From contig JBBSWB010000041.1 of assembly GCA_038046465.1 (NCBI GenBank), forward strand, positions 1 to 58,865: a DNA stretch of 58,865 bases, in the 5' to 3' direction. Origin of the DNA: Nanobdellota archaeon. Its GTDB lineage: Archaea; Nanobdellota; Nanobdellia; Woesearchaeales; GW2011-AR9. This document shows, one piece after another, positions 58,860 through 58,865 of this stretch. The position numbers and the translations under genes are program-made. The number at the start of each line of letters is the position of its first letter. The first letter of the stretch is position 1. Below the pieces are notes generated by a model. That model did not search any database. It saw only the letters and a program-made list of their open reading frames with translations, and was not told the DNA's origin.

Positions 58860-58865
58860 ATACCT

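Overview
AT-rich archaeal chromosome segment. Gene content (EF-1alpha, EF-2, L7Ae, S28e, L24e, Spt5, SecE, proteasome beta, aCPSF1, FtsZ), BHB-type tRNA introns, many orphan genes and large glycosylated surface proteins suggest a small-genome DPANN-like archaeon (inference). No rRNA genes, CRISPR arrays, transposases, integrases or reverse transcriptases are visible. Layout: (1) 1-9.9 kb holds ftsZ, Nudix, secE and spt5, bracketed by two inverted paralogous PRTase-like proteins. (2) 9.9-25.9 kb is a conserved translation block (tRNA-Ala, S10, EF-1alpha, EF-2, ndk, L24e, S28e, L7Ae), then glmS, mre11, a 935-aa surface protein, pgk and ychF. (3) 28.4-38.3 kb is a surface/secreted protein cluster. 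(4) 38.7-44.6 kb holds SDR, 2-oxoacid:ferredoxin oxidoreductase, proteasome beta and aCPSF1. (5) 44.8-48.75 kb is an islet (TrmB, minimal DNA ligase, HD hydrolase) bounded by two tRNA-Ser genes. (6) 48.8-51.9 kb holds RNase D-like and a bacterial-type L,D-transpeptidase. (7) 52-58.9 kb is a toxin-antitoxin cassette island. The main signals the ORF track does not explain are at RNA level. Four tRNA genes are split by introns, and three share a perfect bulge-helix-bulge intron at T-loop position 59/60 with related intron sequence. A dispersed family of about 120-150 nt structured hairpin elements shows compensatory stem changes. There are further rod-like GC-rich elements, and a K-turn sits in the L7Ae leader. 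Two accessory cassettes are flanked by 45-67 bp duplications of the 3' end of the adjacent gene.
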